This document shows positions 1-11,038 of a stretch of 64,000 bases of DNA, in pieces (position 1 is the stretch's first letter; each line of letters starts with the position of its first letter). The notes beneath the pieces were generated by a model, which searched no databases, was not told the origin of the DNA, and saw nothing but the letters and a program-made list of their open reading frames with translations. The translations under genes were made by a program, and so were the position numbers. Source of the DNA: a virus; the IMG/VR virus record IMGVR_UViG_3300032267_001484. One strand, 5' to 3'.

Positions 1-1981
1 GATCCCCAATATAATTATCTATATTCCATGTTGGGTCAGAAGATGCTATAGATGCAGAAGCATAAGTATCTATTTGAGTTTCAGGAGAAAATGATATATC
101 TACATAATGTAAATCGTTTGTTCTAAATAAATTAGATGATGTAGGTTGTTGTTGTAAACTAGTATATGGTGATAAAGTATTACCCGTTACTATATTATTA
201 GATACTATTCTTACTTTATCATCATTATATTCTTGTAGTGTATCACTTTTTAAACCACCACCATATTCTTTAACATTTAATATACTACTAGTAATACCAA
301 AAGTAGATATTAGTGTTTGTAAACCATAAGTTGTACCTTTAGTTTTTAATAGTAAAGGTAGATTATGATAAATACGTTTATAAGTTTCAGCTAATAAATC
401 TTTACGAGGTATATTGTTTAAATAAGACCCAGTAGGGGTAAAATTATTATCAAAATTAGCACTACCACTGTTTTTACCTACTAAGAAAAGATCGTTAGAT
501 GAATCTCCATATCTATTATATAATTTAGTTCCTAATGATTGTAATACAGTATATACTAAATCTTTAGAAACACCTTTTTCTAAATTATTATTTGCTAAAT
601 TAATATCGGTAACTGCTTGGAGATAGATCCATATATTATCAAAATAATGACCAACCATATTAACAAAAGTAATATATGGTGCATTATTTTCGTCATCCTT
701 TATAAAGTTAGGAATAGTATATAGTAAATTATTTTGATTATATTCATCATAATTATTAGCACTAGCTGTAGAGTAAGCTAACCAAAGAGAAGCAGAACTA
801 GATCCAGTAGAAAATAAAGTATAAGGTAATGTTGAAGTAGATTTGGGGTAAGGAGTTATACCATATTCAGTAGAAGTAGTTACAGATCCACTTTCAAAAT
901 ATAAATAATATTCAAAGCCATCAAAATTAGTTATAGTATCATTAAGACTAGCTGTTGCTAAATTTAAATCATATTTTAGATTAGGGTAACTAGAAGTTAA
1001 AGCAGTATAAGTAGATATACTATTATTTAAATCTTCTATTTGTTTTATTTTATTATAAAAGTTTAATACTCTTTGTTCTGCTGAACTAAAAAAGACAAAA
1101 TTGGTAAAATTACTATAATCTGTATTAATGTCAATACTTTGTGAAGTAATTAAACTTAAAAGTTGTCTATATGAAGAAGATACACTTTGAAAACTATTTA
1201 ATAAAGTATTATAATTTTGGTAAGAAGTAGCAATATTATTCCTATTAGGAATTTCTATATCAAAATTAGGACCCCTTAATTGAGGACCAGGAAGAGGAAT
1301 AATTAATTTATCTAAATTAATATCAAAAATATATGGATTAACTTTTTCTTTTACAATCCATAAGGTTGATTTTTCTGGGATAGAAATGGAAAGTGGTTGG
1401 TATAATTTAAGAAATATTTCATACCCTGATTCAATCTTGTTTAGAGCAACATTTACTACTATTGCTTGTTGGTTATCTCCAAAATTAGCTAAATAATCAA
1501 CAAAATAAGAAGATCCACTGTATTCATTAATAATAGATAATACAGAATCTTCAATTTGTTGATTAGTTAAAATTGTAGATCCTACTCTTAATTCTGTTCT
1601 ATCTGATGAAATTTCTTTTAGAAATAATTCAGCATTTGGATTTGATATTTTATTTCCAAAAAAATTATATTGAACTTTAAATTCACCTGATGAATATCCT
1701 AGACTTTGTAAATCTTTAACAGGATCTATTTCAATTATTGGAAGAGAACCACTAGTAGGATCAAGATATGAGTTAGGAGCTAATTTAAAATCTTTATAAT
1801 TATAATTTAAATCTAAAAGATTACCTGCAATATCGTATACAAAGTATTCAATATAATCATTAGAAACACCAAAATCTTCCTTAATTAGTTGGGAAGGAAG
1901 TATATTAAGGTCCTCTTCAGTATAACGAGGTACTTGTTGGGTATCTAAAATTTCACCTACTATTTTTATATTATCTGCCAT
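1..1981 (-). CDS. large baseplate/tail structural protein (partial, runs off the window)
   Basis: Not in the ORF track. ATG at 1981 overlaps the TAA of the upstream gene. Frame MADNIKIVGEILDTQQVPRY... read open for about 570 codons toward the window edge. Contains YHNLPLLLKTKGTTYGLQTLISTFG, a baseplate-wedge-like (P2 gpI/T4 gp7-type) motif. Confidence 0.7.
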   Translation of the reverse strand, partial: MADNIKIVGEILDTQQVPRYTEEDLNILPSQLIKEDFGVSNDYIEYFVYDIAGNLLDLNYNYKDFKLAPNSYLDPTSGSLPIIEIDPVKDLQSLGYSSGEFKVQYNFFGNKISNPNAELFLKEISSDRTELRVGSTILTNQQIEDSVLSIINEYSGSSYFVDYLANFGDNQQAIVVNVALNKIESGYEIFLKLYQPLSISIPEKSTLWIVKEKVNPYIFDINLDKLIIPLPGPQLRGPNFDIEIPNRNNIATSYQNYNTLLNSFQSVSSSYRQLLSLITSQSIDINTDYSNFTNFVFFSSAEQRVLNFYNKIKQIEDLNNSISTYTALTSSYPNLKYDLNLATASLNDTITNFDGFEYYLYFESGSVTTSTEYGITPYPKSTSTLPYTLFSTGSSSASLWLAYSTASANNYDEYNQNNLLYTIPNFIKDDENNAPYITFVNMVGHYFDNIWIYLQAVTDINLANNNLEKGVSKDLVYTVLQSLGTKLYNRYGDSSNDLFLVGKNSGSANFDNNFTPTGSYLNNIPRKDLLAETYKRIYHNLPLLLKTKGTTYGLQTLISTFGITSSILNVKEYGGGLKSDTLQEYNDDKVRIVSNNIVTGNTLSPYTSLQQQPTSSNLFRTNDLHYVDISFSPETQIDTYASASIASSDPTWNIDNYIGD

Positions 1982-2313
1982 TATTGTTTGGTCAATTCAT
2001 TTATTATAGTTTGATTATCAAGTACCTGTTGTCTTAAAGATGTAATTTCATCTAATAAAGCTTGTACATCATCTTGACTAATACTAATACCTAAATAATC
2101 TGCTTCTTTTTGTAAAATATATTGATGAGAATTAGTATCTCCTTCTCTTGGAATTTGATAAAATAATTGTTCATATAATATAAAAAAATCATCAACTGTA
2201 AATGATAAGGTTTCTTCTGTTTCTTGAGTAATCAATTGATGAAATTGAGTATCAATTACTCTACCATAAGCATCCTTATTAAATACTATTTTTTGTACTG
2301 GTATTTGAGACAT
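1981..2313 (-). CDS. hypothetical virion-module protein with C-terminal coiled coil
   Basis: ORF translationally coupled (TAATG) to both neighbours in the baseplate operon. Confidence 0.6.
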   Translation of the reverse strand: MSQIPVQKIVFNKDAYGRVIDTQFHQLITQETEETLSFTVDDFFILYEQLFYQIPREGDTNSHQYILQKEADYLGISISQDDVQALLDEITSLRQQVLDNQTIINELTKQ

Positions 2314-3413
2314 TATCTAATAACTTTAAAATAATTATTACCATTATCTAAAATAACAGTTTCACCACTTGGTAAAATTGTTTTAATTAGTACCTTATAA
2401 TATCGTTCAGGTTCTAATCCATTCATGTATATATCAAAATAATTACCATTGGAATCACAGCTTACTTTAGTATATGATGTATCATAATCTACGACAATTT
2501 CTTCAGTATCCAAATCTTTTATTGACCAATATGAAGAAGAAGGTAATGCCTTATTAATTAGATAACCAGAAGTAGTTGAAAATGTTCTAGTAGGATATTT
2601 ATCTCTTACATTTACTTTAAAGCGTTGTATTGAATCTTGTTGAAATTTACCTTTATTATTTCCTAAAGTAACAACAAATAAACTAGAAGTAACTACAGCT
2701 AAAGAGCCAGTATTGTATAATGAATCATCCCATCTAATTTCTAAACATGGAGGATAAATGGTATGGGTATTACCTGAAAAATATTTAGTTTCAAATTTAG
2801 AAGCTGAAGTAAATTCAAGTGAAGAGGCGTGTTTTAAAATAAATCCTTCATTAGTTATTGAGCTACTATACCAAGCATTTACTGTACTTGTTACTTTTAA
2901 TTCTATATCTTTTGAAGTAGAATTAGTAAAAGATTGAGTTGATTGGTAAGCAGATGAGGTATACCATAATCCACCCCCTGCTGTACTTCCTGATCTATAA
3001 GAACCTGTTGTATTAGCAGGAAAAGTACTAAACCAATTACTACCACTAAGTATATCTCTAAATTGCCAACTAGCTCCATCTGTAGTGATAGGTACGTTAC
3101 CTAACTTACCCGTTCCCATATTCCAACTCCCTGATATAGGGTGACAATATAATGTATAATTTAAGGGAAGAGACGAAGCATTGGCTAAATAAAGTTTTAA
3201 GTAAACATCAAATGTTTTATTTGTTACTTTATTAGTAAATGTATCCGTTATTTGATTGGTAGGGAATTTAATTAATCCACGAGATACTTCATTAGTACCA
3301 GCTACTGAGTAGTAGGTACTTAGCTCAATAATTTCATCTAATCCTGTATTGGTTGTAGGGTAGTATGAATAAAGAGTAGCAGTCTTTTCAGGAAATATTT
3401 TATAAATGGCCAT
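2313..3413 (-). CDS. putative virion structural protein (Ser/Thr-rich, beta-rich)
   Basis: 366 aa, S/T/G-rich, in the baseplate cluster, with an ATATTTAT box upstream. Confidence 0.55.
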   Translation of the reverse strand: MAIYKIFPEKTATLYSYYPTTNTGLDEIIELSTYYSVAGTNEVSRGLIKFPTNQITDTFTNKVTNKTFDVYLKLYLANASSLPLNYTLYCHPISGSWNMGTGKLGNVPITTDGASWQFRDILSGSNWFSTFPANTTGSYRSGSTAGGGLWYTSSAYQSTQSFTNSTSKDIELKVTSTVNAWYSSSITNEGFILKHASSLEFTSASKFETKYFSGNTHTIYPPCLEIRWDDSLYNTGSLAVVTSSLFVVTLGNNKGKFQQDSIQRFKVNVRDKYPTRTFSTTSGYLINKALPSSSYWSIKDLDTEEIVVDYDTSYTKVSCDSNGNYFDIYMNGLEPERYYKVLIKTILPSGETVILDNGNNYFKVIR

Positions 3414-3456
3414 AATTAGTGATTACTACATATAAATATGGCGACTGTAGACTATT

Positions 3457-4278
3457 TTAAGACAATAAGTTGTAATATTCTTTAAAATGTTTTGTCCTAT
3501 CTACTAAACCATTAGTACCACCATTAACACATTTAGTAACAGCAGTAATAACTTCATCAGAAGCTCCAGTATCACATTTTTTTAAACAACGTTGAAAAAA
3601 CCAAGCTGCGGATAATAATGGGTATTTAGTAGCAACTAGGTCAGGATTAGATACAATATCTACTCCTATTGAATCACCAAATGCTTTATAATTAGATTTA
3701 CCTGTTAGTTGAATATACCCACGGCCTCTAAATTTATATCCCTCACCTGAATTTTTATCTCCATTGCCCATTCTATCAGCGTATACTATGTTAGCTATTT
3801 TTTCAGGTTTTTTTTCATATGCTTCCGCTAATCCTTGAGTTGGAAAATATTTTTTAAATACTGCTAATAATGATTTAGCACTATAATTTAGATTTTCAGT
3901 AGTTAATTTAAATCCACCTGATTCATGACCACATTGTGATAAAAAATGAGCTAAACGTAAAGGTGTATTGATTTGAAATTTAACAGCAACATCTGGGATT
4001 TGGGAAATTACATTATCAGGAATATGTCCTTTTAACTTATCTAATTTTAAACCTCCTACATTAGCAAGAGGCAAAGGCACAGGAGTTGACATTGATTTTT
4101 TCATAATTAATTCCCATAATTTATCTTTAACAATTCCATCAGGTTCTAGACCATGTTGGATTTGAAATTCTTTTACAGCTTTTTCTGTTTTAGGTCCAAA
4201 ATTACCTATAGGCTCTATTCCTAATTTTTCTTGTAAAAGTTTTACATTAATATTATTATCGCCTCTTTCTAATTTCAT
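3457..4278 (-). CDS. endolysin: peptidoglycan-binding domain plus GH19 chitinase-like domain
   Basis: N-terminal VKLLQEKLG..GNFGPKTEKAVKEFQ..GL.PDGIV (PG_binding_1); GH19 motifs HFLSQCGHESGGF, YKFRGRGYIQLTG, VNGGTNGL.DR. Confidence 0.92.
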   Translation of the reverse strand: MKLERGDNNINVKLLQEKLGIEPIGNFGPKTEKAVKEFQIQHGLEPDGIVKDKLWELIMKKSMSTPVPLPLANVGGLKLDKLKGHIPDNVISQIPDVAVKFQINTPLRLAHFLSQCGHESGGFKLTTENLNYSAKSLLAVFKKYFPTQGLAEAYEKKPEKIANIVYADRMGNGDKNSGEGYKFRGRGYIQLTGKSNYKAFGDSIGVDIVSNPDLVATKYPLLSAAWFFQRCLKKCDTGASDEVITAVTKCVNGGTNGLVDRTKHFKEYYNLLS

Positions 4279-4287
4279 ACTTTAATT

Positions 4288-6120
4288 TTATAGAGTGACT
4301 ACTCTACCTTGAATATCTGTGTTAGGATATCTAACTTCAAAAATAGCAGGATCCATGGATGGATACACATTTCCATTTCTTGTAGCACCTGCTATATCAT
4401 ATCCATATTGTGAATATGTAACACCTGTACTATCTTGTTTATTTGTTATTTCTAATTTAGATACTGATTGTACTCCTCTTACTTGTAATAATTTAGCTAT
4501 TACATCTGAAATTATTATAGGTTGATTTATTTGCCATTTATCTATATTGAAATAGTCTTGAAGAGAGGTAACACAACTAGTTAATACATCTTTATTTGAA
4601 AATCCACTTAATATAGTAATATCAAAATTTACTGTTATATTAATATAAAAGGCATCTCTAATATTGATAGCATCAGATACCATTCTATATTGATTAATAT
4701 AGGTTACTAAATTTTGTTTTAATGTTGTAGAGGCTTGAGTTATTTGTTTATTTGAATTATATGATAAAATATATAAATCTAAAGACAATGGATTATTAGG
4801 TTGAGTATATGTTACTGTTTGTTGAGGATTGTCACTTATATTTTGAGAAATATAAGCTTTAGCTATTACACCATAATCTGAGGGCATCGATAAGGCTCTT
4901 ACTATATAATCATCTTTAGTTACTGCTCTTAATTGAGTTGAATAAGAATATAAAGCATTTTGTCTAATTTCATCAATAGTATCTCCATTTCTTCCTCCAG
5001 TTGATGGAACAGGATTATTAGAAACAACACTATTTAAAACAGTAGTTGCTAATCCTCCAGGAGTATTTTTAAAATATATTTTAGAAGTATCTAAAATAGT
5101 CAAATTATTAGCAGGTACATTAGATGTAATTCCTCCCCCAACTAAATAAGTAACATTAATATCACCAGAAGGAGCTAATCCATATTCTTGAGTGAACATT
5201 ACTGAGGCTTGATTGTAATTATTAGTCAATAGTGAAATTCCTGGTACTAAACCTAACTGAATATTATCTGGGGTTGGGATAATTTGGGAATCAGTTTTAT
5301 TTTGAGATAGACCGGCTCCAAATTCTAACTGTAATGTATTATCGGAAAGTATTCTAGATACAAAACGTCTAGGCACTCTTTGTAGCTGTAATAAATAGGG
5401 AATTTGATCTGTTGAATAAGAAGGATTAGTTACTTTTTGAAATATTGATGATTGAGCTAAATATGGTACTTCATACCACACATTTCCATCACTTCCTGTT
5501 ACATTTAGTATTTGTAATGTTTTAGTATCATTAATAGTAGATGTTGCAAATTTTTCATTACCAGAAAAAGTTAAGGTAGCTGATTTGATTTCAGCAGATA
5601 TAGCAGAAACTGATTTTTTAAATAAAAAATAATTAGAATCAACATAAGTTATTTCAGCACTACTTGTATTTGTAAAATCTATTTGTTGTGTAGTTAAAAA
5701 TTTAATTCCTGTACTGGTTGAAGTTAAAGTAGTGTTTGTTGGTATTATTAAGCCATAAGTATCATAGTCAGGAGTTATAGTTCCCCCATTATTAATAGAA
5801 GGAACTAATTGATATATATCAACAATAGTAGTTGAAGCATATGATGCTTTGGGTCTATAACCCATTACATATGCCATAGCATATAAATTTTCCTTTTCTT
5901 TAGCATATAAAAGAAAATTTTCTTGTGTTTGAGTATCAAGATAAAACGACATAACATCACCTACATATGATGCCATCTCAATAAACATATTACCTGGGGT
6001 AGCCTCAGAAAAATCATTATAGGTTGTAGGAAAATAAGTTTTAGCATACTGTTGTAAAGCTGCTTTAAAATCTGTAAATCCTTTATTTAAGTATGATATA
6101 TTTTTATCTTCGTTAGCCAT
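4288..6120 (-). CDS. baseplate wedge subunit (T4 gp6-like)
   Basis: DF..FKAAL..Y.K, YNDFSEA.PG.MFIE..SYVGD, GG...DTIDEIRQNA and QLRAVT..DY motifs. Confidence 0.88.
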   Translation of the reverse strand: MANEDKNISYLNKGFTDFKAALQQYAKTYFPTTYNDFSEATPGNMFIEMASYVGDVMSFYLDTQTQENFLLYAKEKENLYAMAYVMGYRPKASYASTTIVDIYQLVPSINNGGTITPDYDTYGLIIPTNTTLTSTSTGIKFLTTQQIDFTNTSSAEITYVDSNYFLFKKSVSAISAEIKSATLTFSGNEKFATSTINDTKTLQILNVTGSDGNVWYEVPYLAQSSIFQKVTNPSYSTDQIPYLLQLQRVPRRFVSRILSDNTLQLEFGAGLSQNKTDSQIIPTPDNIQLGLVPGISLLTNNYNQASVMFTQEYGLAPSGDINVTYLVGGGITSNVPANNLTILDTSKIYFKNTPGGLATTVLNSVVSNNPVPSTGGRNGDTIDEIRQNALYSYSTQLRAVTKDDYIVRALSMPSDYGVIAKAYISQNISDNPQQTVTYTQPNNPLSLDLYILSYNSNKQITQASTTLKQNLVTYINQYRMVSDAINIRDAFYINITVNFDITILSGFSNKDVLTSCVTSLQDYFNIDKWQINQPIIISDVIAKLLQVRGVQSVSKLEITNKQDSTGVTYSQYGYDIAGATRNGNVYPSMDPAIFEVRYPNTDIQGRVVTL

Positions 6121-6122
6121 TA

Positions 6123-6527
6123 TTATTGAAATTGTACTGTTACTTGGTCAGGTGTATTTGAAATATTTAATACATAATTAATACTTAATTCCATTAAATT
6201 ATAATCAGCATCAGGGTTAATTACTATTTCAATTACTGTTATCTCAGGGATGTAAGTATAAATACTATTTAATATATTACTTTTTAAATTTTCTAAATTA
6301 TTATCAGTTATATTACTAAATAAAAATTTTTTTAGATTAGTGCCAAAAGAAGGATTCATTACTCTTTCTCCTATATCTGTTAATAATAAATTAAGTAAAT
6401 TAGATTTAATTTGATCTTTGGTAGTATATGTACTAGTAAAAGGCTTATCAAAAGGTAAAGATACCCCAATAGCAATATTTTTCTGTAAATCTAATGGATT
6501 TACTCGTATCGTTTGAGGTATTGGCAT
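6123..6527 (-). CDS. baseplate wedge / sheath initiator (T4 gp25-like)
   Basis: QIKSNLLNLLLT..GERVMNPSFG..L..FLF signature; adjacent to the gp6-like gene. Confidence 0.9.
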   Translation of the reverse strand: MPIPQTIRVNPLDLQKNIAIGVSLPFDKPFTSTYTTKDQIKSNLLNLLLTDIGERVMNPSFGTNLKKFLFSNITDNNLENLKSNILNSIYTYIPEITVIEIVINPDADYNLMELSINYVLNISNTPDQVTVQFQ

Positions 6528-6528
6528 A

Positions 6529-6888
6529 TTATCCTAAATTTTTAAGTCCTGCTCTTTCTTGCGGTGTCATGTTAGCAGCAGAATCTGCTAAAAATGCTAA
6601 ATATGGATTTACAGGTTCACCTGTATTTTCATTAATGGCATTAATTACTTCTAATTTAGGAGTAGGTTGTTGAAAACCAAATGCTTCACCCATTTTAGTA
6701 CGCAAAGATTCCCTAATACCAGAATTACCAGGCACTATGTCATTACTAGTAAAATTTATTGTTTTATTTTCACGCAATGCTTTTTTTTCTTGTTTAGCCA
6801 TGTGCTCTTCAAGAATGAATGGTAATTCTTCATGAATAGCATCAATTACTGCTTCTTTAATTAATCTTTTAAATGCTTTAGTATTCAT
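6529..6888 (-). CDS. hypothetical protein, possibly an internal virion protein
   Basis: N-terminal FKRLIKEAV motif; ATATTTAT box directly upstream. Confidence 0.5.
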   Translation of the reverse strand: MNTKAFKRLIKEAVIDAIHEELPFILEEHMAKQEKKALRENKTINFTSNDIVPGNSGIRESLRTKMGEAFGFQQPTPKLEVINAINENTGEPVNPYLAFLADSAANMTPQERAGLKNLG

Positions 6889-6900
6889 AATTATAAATAT

Positions 6901-8154
6901 TTAACCTTGTAAGTTTTGTTGATCAATAACTAGTTTTAATTGTTCCACTAGATCGTTAGGATCTAATGTAAATGAATATTCACTTTTTAATATTTCTACA
7001 TTATATCTATCAATAGCTACAGCGTAACGGCGTTTATTTCCTTTAACAACAAATTTTGGATTTTGTTCTTCTTTTATTTTAAAATTAAATCCTTTATATG
7101 ATGGAAATTGATTGATACCACTACTAGTTGTTCCTACTGGGAGGAAAGTATTAGATAGGTCTGATAATTGTTGTTCATTTAGATTTTCTAGTGTTTTATT
7201 ATCTAATTTTAAACTAATTTGTTTTAAACGATCTCTTAGTTCTTCTAGCTCTATTATTTCATTAGACAACAATACAGTAATAATTGCCAATAATGCACTT
7301 AGTCCTGAAACAAGTTTTTCAGCTATAGTTAAAATTTTTAATATTAATGGGCTTAAAGGAACAGGAATTAAATATATTAATTTAATAGCAAGTGAAGTTA
7401 TTACTAATATTTTAGCAATTTTTTCTAATAATTTTTTTAATTTTTCTAATTTTTTAATACTATTATTGATTAAAGTAACAGCATTGTTTCTTAAATTAGT
7501 TGCAATTTCAACAGTTTGTTGATCTTTAACTTTGGTATCAATGTATTCATTTACATTATCAACTAATTCTTCTAATTTTTTTCTTTGATCTACTATAATT
7601 AAAAAACTGTTTGCTATTTGTAAACTAATAATAGGGACTAATCCTTTAACAGCATTAGATATAATTTGTTTTACTAAATCTTTTTTAGATTTACTATCTA
7701 ATTTTTGAATATATTTTTCTGTATTTTTAAGACTTATACTAAATGTTGTTTGAGCTTGTTTTATTTTTGTAGAAAAATTATTAACAATATTATTTATATC
7801 CTGTTGTAACTTCTGTCTATTAATAGTATTAATAGTTTGGATTGCAACTAAAGAAAGAGAAGCGGCTTCTACTAATCTATTATATTGTTCTTGAGTTATT
7901 TGTTTTGTATTAAGTTTATATAAAGCATCTTGTTCTACCCTACTTTTTTCAATTCCAGCTTTTTGCTCCTTTTGAACTAATAAATCAATTTCAGCTTTTA
8001 TATTAGCTATCTTTGTTTGGTCACCTATTATAAGAATTTCTTTAGCTTTATCTTTTAATTGAGCTCCAAACGATTCAATAGGAAGTGAATCAGATATAGT
8101 TGATACAATATCTGTGGGGAGGATAGGGGCTATATTTATATTTTTTTTACCCAT
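6901..8154 (-). CDS. coiled-coil protein with hydrophobic segments, baseplate cluster
   Basis: 417 aa, helical, with hydrophobic stretch ILVITSLAIKLIYLIPVP. Confidence 0.55.
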   Translation of the reverse strand: MGKKNINIAPILPTDIVSTISDSLPIESFGAQLKDKAKEILIIGDQTKIANIKAEIDLLVQKEQKAGIEKSRVEQDALYKLNTKQITQEQYNRLVEAASLSLVAIQTINTINRQKLQQDINNIVNNFSTKIKQAQTTFSISLKNTEKYIQKLDSKSKKDLVKQIISNAVKGLVPIISLQIANSFLIIVDQRKKLEELVDNVNEYIDTKVKDQQTVEIATNLRNNAVTLINNSIKKLEKLKKLLEKIAKILVITSLAIKLIYLIPVPLSPLILKILTIAEKLVSGLSALLAIITVLLSNEIIELEELRDRLKQISLKLDNKTLENLNEQQLSDLSNTFLPVGTTSSGINQFPSYKGFNFKIKEEQNPKFVVKGNKRRYAVAIDRYNVEILKSEYSFTLDPNDLVEQLKLVIDQQNLQG

Positions 8155-9317
8155 TATGAAGTAAATACTTTTTTAGACGGAATATTTTTTAATAACTTAT
8201 TTAGTTGTTTCATATTACTTGATAATTCCTTTCCAGCAATTTGTAAACTCATTATTGCACTTCCTTCTTGGGTACTAACAGCACTAGATAATTGAGAAGA
8301 GAGTTTACTTAGTGTTTTAACTAAATGCTCGAATACTTTATAAGTTTCCCACCCTAATAATACAGGTTGGGGTGCTGTTGTAGTATAGGGGCCTAAAAAT
8401 ACAGCATTAGCATTTAAATGTACTCGTTCATCCGCATTCAAATTAATAACATATTTAGTATTTAATTCAATATTTGTTTTAGCAAATATCATTACTTCAT
8501 CTTTTTTAGAATTTAATACTACCCTATCACTATTTAATATAATTTGAGAATTTATATAATCAGGAACATTTAGTGGATTAGTAAGATTATTTAATATTCC
8601 TGTTTTATCTGTTATTAATGGGATTTTTTGGGCTGAGGTTAAATATATTGATGATGAATCCTTATTTATTTGTTCAACATAATAATTTTTATCTGCATCA
8701 TAATTTAATCCATTAGTTAATATTGTAATAGGATCATATTCTCCTCCTATTTCACTCCATTCATTAGCAGGAGTTACTCCTCTTGTTGTGCTGGAAAATC
8801 TTAGAGAGGAACCTTGTCGTCCTCCTAATATATTATCTCCTTCGTATGGGACTAAAGGTCTAACATTTGGATTTTCATAGAATGTAATTCCTAAACTAGC
8901 ATTATCATTTGCTGGCTGTGAATTTTGTTGTGGGTTATTCCAAAGATTAATTAAGGAATAATATTTTTGTTGAGAATTTTTATCTACCTGAGATAGAGGG
9001 GATGGTCCGTCCTCTAAAATGACTAATTCTCCTAGTACGGGGTAATATTGATCTTGTGGGTTTAAAGGTTTTGCCTTATCGCAGCTTCTTAGAAAATCAT
9101 TATCTATACTTCCTGTATATTTTTTCCCTTGTTCATAACTTAAATAAAAAATAGTTCCTACTCCTAGATACCCACCAACACTATTAAACATTTCCTCAGT
9201 AGGAGTATTTTCTGTAGTTACTACTCCATATACTCTTCCAACTTGTTTTTTTACAGTAGGAGTAAAGTTATTTTGTCCTATTGACGTTATTATAGATGAT
9301 AAATTATATCTTATCAT
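8154..9317 (-). CDS. putative baseplate hub/spike protein (gp5/gpV-like)
   Basis: OB-fold-like YYPVLGELV; PYEGD..GRQGSSLRF; beta-repeat-like C-terminus ending QPVLLG; position before gp25. Confidence 0.6.
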   Translation of the reverse strand: MIRYNLSSIITSIGQNNFTPTVKKQVGRVYGVVTTENTPTEEMFNSVGGYLGVGTIFYLSYEQGKKYTGSIDNDFLRSCDKAKPLNPQDQYYPVLGELVILEDGPSPLSQVDKNSQQKYYSLINLWNNPQQNSQPANDNASLGITFYENPNVRPLVPYEGDNILGGRQGSSLRFSSTTRGVTPANEWSEIGGEYDPITILTNGLNYDADKNYYVEQINKDSSSIYLTSAQKIPLITDKTGILNNLTNPLNVPDYINSQIILNSDRVVLNSKKDEVMIFAKTNIELNTKYVINLNADERVHLNANAVFLGPYTTTAPQPVLLGWETYKVFEHLVKTLSKLSSQLSSAVSTQEGSAIMSLQIAGKELSSNMKQLNKLLKNIPSKKVFTS

Positions 9318-9712
9318 TTTTGTTCAAGTTGGGGTTGTTGAGGAACTTGTTCAAGTAGTTTTTGACCTTGCTCTTGTATTGCTTTTTGTTCTTCTAAAAG
9401 AGCACTAATTTCATCCATATCTATAAAGCTAGCATCATTAGTAACGTTCATAGTTGCTGCTCGTTGCGCAATACCTGCCATTTTAATTAATTGTTCATTG
9501 TTTTTAACGTTAACATCAATTAAATCTTTAACAGTAGGCATTAACATCACTGCGGAACCTGCATTAGAAGTAGCAATAGGTTTGAGAGTATCTATGAGTT
9601 CGTTGATTTGTTTGTCAACATCTTTATTATTCCTATGGATCTGCTTAAACAGGTCAGCTAGTGATGTGTTTCCAAATATTGTAACATCATCAAAATTAGA
9701 CATAATTTGCAT
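9314..9712 (-). CDS. hypothetical helical protein
   Basis: ORF with ATATTTAT box upstream; the start may be the second Met (MSNFDD). Confidence 0.55.
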   Translation of the reverse strand: MQIMSNFDDVTIFGNTSLADLFKQIHRNNKDVDKQINELIDTLKPIATSNAGSAVMLMPTVKDLIDVNVKNNEQLIKMAGIAQRAATMNVTNDASFIDMDEISALLEEQKAIQEQGQKLLEQVPQQPQLEQK

Positions 9713-9732
9713 TTACGTATAAATATAAATAA

Positions 9733-10533
9733 TTAAATCTTTATATACCCATGTTGATAATAATCGTTATATAGCTGGATGTATAATGCTTTAAGTTTTT
9801 TAATTATTTTGGTAATTTGAGGAGTAGATACATCTGTTATTTCACGTATATAAATGTATAATGCCTTTTTATTAAATATCTCCAGCGTTTCACGTTTGCG
9901 AAATAATTCAACTATAGCGTCTGCTGTTTGGGCATCTTGTTTTTTAGGGAACAATTTAAATATATTAGTATCAATATATTTGACATATTGATCCATAAAG
10001 TTATTTTCATTAAATAGATTTTCTAAACTCCTATCATTTTCATAAAGTTGCATCTGATCATCATCAGATTCATCTACGTCAGCTCGTTCTTGAAGTTTTT
10101 TATAGTTATTTTCGTTATATACGATTAAATAACGTTTAGCAATAGTACCAAAGTAAGAAAAGGCCTTACCTTTCTCCGGTTTGTAAAGGTGAAGCTTTTC
10201 AAGTAAAAATGTAATAACCTCGTGCTTGAGTTCTTCTATCGTATCAGTATCTGTATAGTAGAATTTAAACGTATGAATAATATTTTCGGCTAATTTATAG
10301 AAACCATATTCAATACGTTCATTATAAATGCGATTGCGTTCATCTTGATCTATGCAAGCAAGATATTCCACAATAGCGTCTTCAGTATCTTGAGTAAAGT
10401 AAATACGAGGTTCTTTTGGTTTGCGCTTACGTGGTTTACCTCGTTTAGTCAAAGCTAACTTATCATCTTCAAAGATGTCGGCTCCATAGTTTTCAAAGTA
10501 TGATGACATATATGATTCTCTTTTTAATCCCAA
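9733..10533 (-). CDS. phage sigma factor (T4 gp55-like, late transcription)
   Basis: YFTQDTEDAIVEY...KLAENII...EVITFLLEKL..YKPEKGKAFSYFGTIAKRYLI resembles sigma region 2 of gp55-like proteins. Confidence 0.7.
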   Translation of the reverse strand: MGLKRESYMSSYFENYGADIFEDDKLALTKRGKPRKRKPKEPRIYFTQDTEDAIVEYLACIDQDERNRIYNERIEYGFYKLAENIIHTFKFYYTDTDTIEELKHEVITFLLEKLHLYKPEKGKAFSYFGTIAKRYLIVYNENNYKKLQERADVDESDDDQMQLYENDRSLENLFNENNFMDQYVKYIDTNIFKLFPKKQDAQTADAIVELFRKRETLEIFNKKALYIYIREITDVSTPQITKIIKKLKALYIQLYNDYYQHGYIKI

Positions 10534-10565
10534 TATAATAAGAGAAAATCACATAACCAAATTGC

Positions 10566-10838
10566 TTATCGGCGGTTATTAACTTCGCTCAATATGTCTT
10601 GAATTTCCTTTAGGTTAGTAAAGAAAGTTCCAACTTCATCGTCTGCTTGAAAAGCACCCATTACATCTAATTCTTTTAATTTAGCATCAGAATTAGCAAC
10701 AATAATACTAATAGCATCCATATATTGTTGTTGGTCTTTAACTGCTTTTTCAAGAGCAGAGTTACGTCTAATTAATAAAAAAATACCTATTACTGCTAAT
10801 TCAACTAAATGAATCCCTAATATCCAAAGCCACATCAT
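10566..10838 (-). CDS. small membrane-anchored protein
   Basis: N-terminal TM helix followed by a coiled coil. Confidence 0.55.
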   Translation of the reverse strand: MMWLWILGIHLVELAVIGIFLLIRRNSALEKAVKDQQQYMDAISIIVANSDAKLKELDVMGAFQADDEVGTFFTNLKEIQDILSEVNNRR

Positions 10839-11038
10839 TGTCTAGGAGCAAATTGTTGTTCAAAATCATCAGGCTCAATAGAGATAGTTCCACGAATTTT
10901 CTCTACTTGTTCTTTTAATAGCTCGGTAGTTTCCGAAATCCTTTCTTGATCCATTCCTCTACCTACTTCAAATTGAACCCTATTTACTAGCGATTCTAAA
11001 TGTACTAACTGGTCTAAAACATTGTTTTTATAACGCAT
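10835..11038 (-). CDS. hypothetical protein
   Basis: ORF with A-rich leader; overlaps the next gene by ATGA. Confidence 0.55.
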   Translation of the reverse strand: MRYKNNVLDQLVHLESLVNRVQFEVGRGMDQERISETTELLKEQVEKIRGTISIEPDDFEQQFAPRQ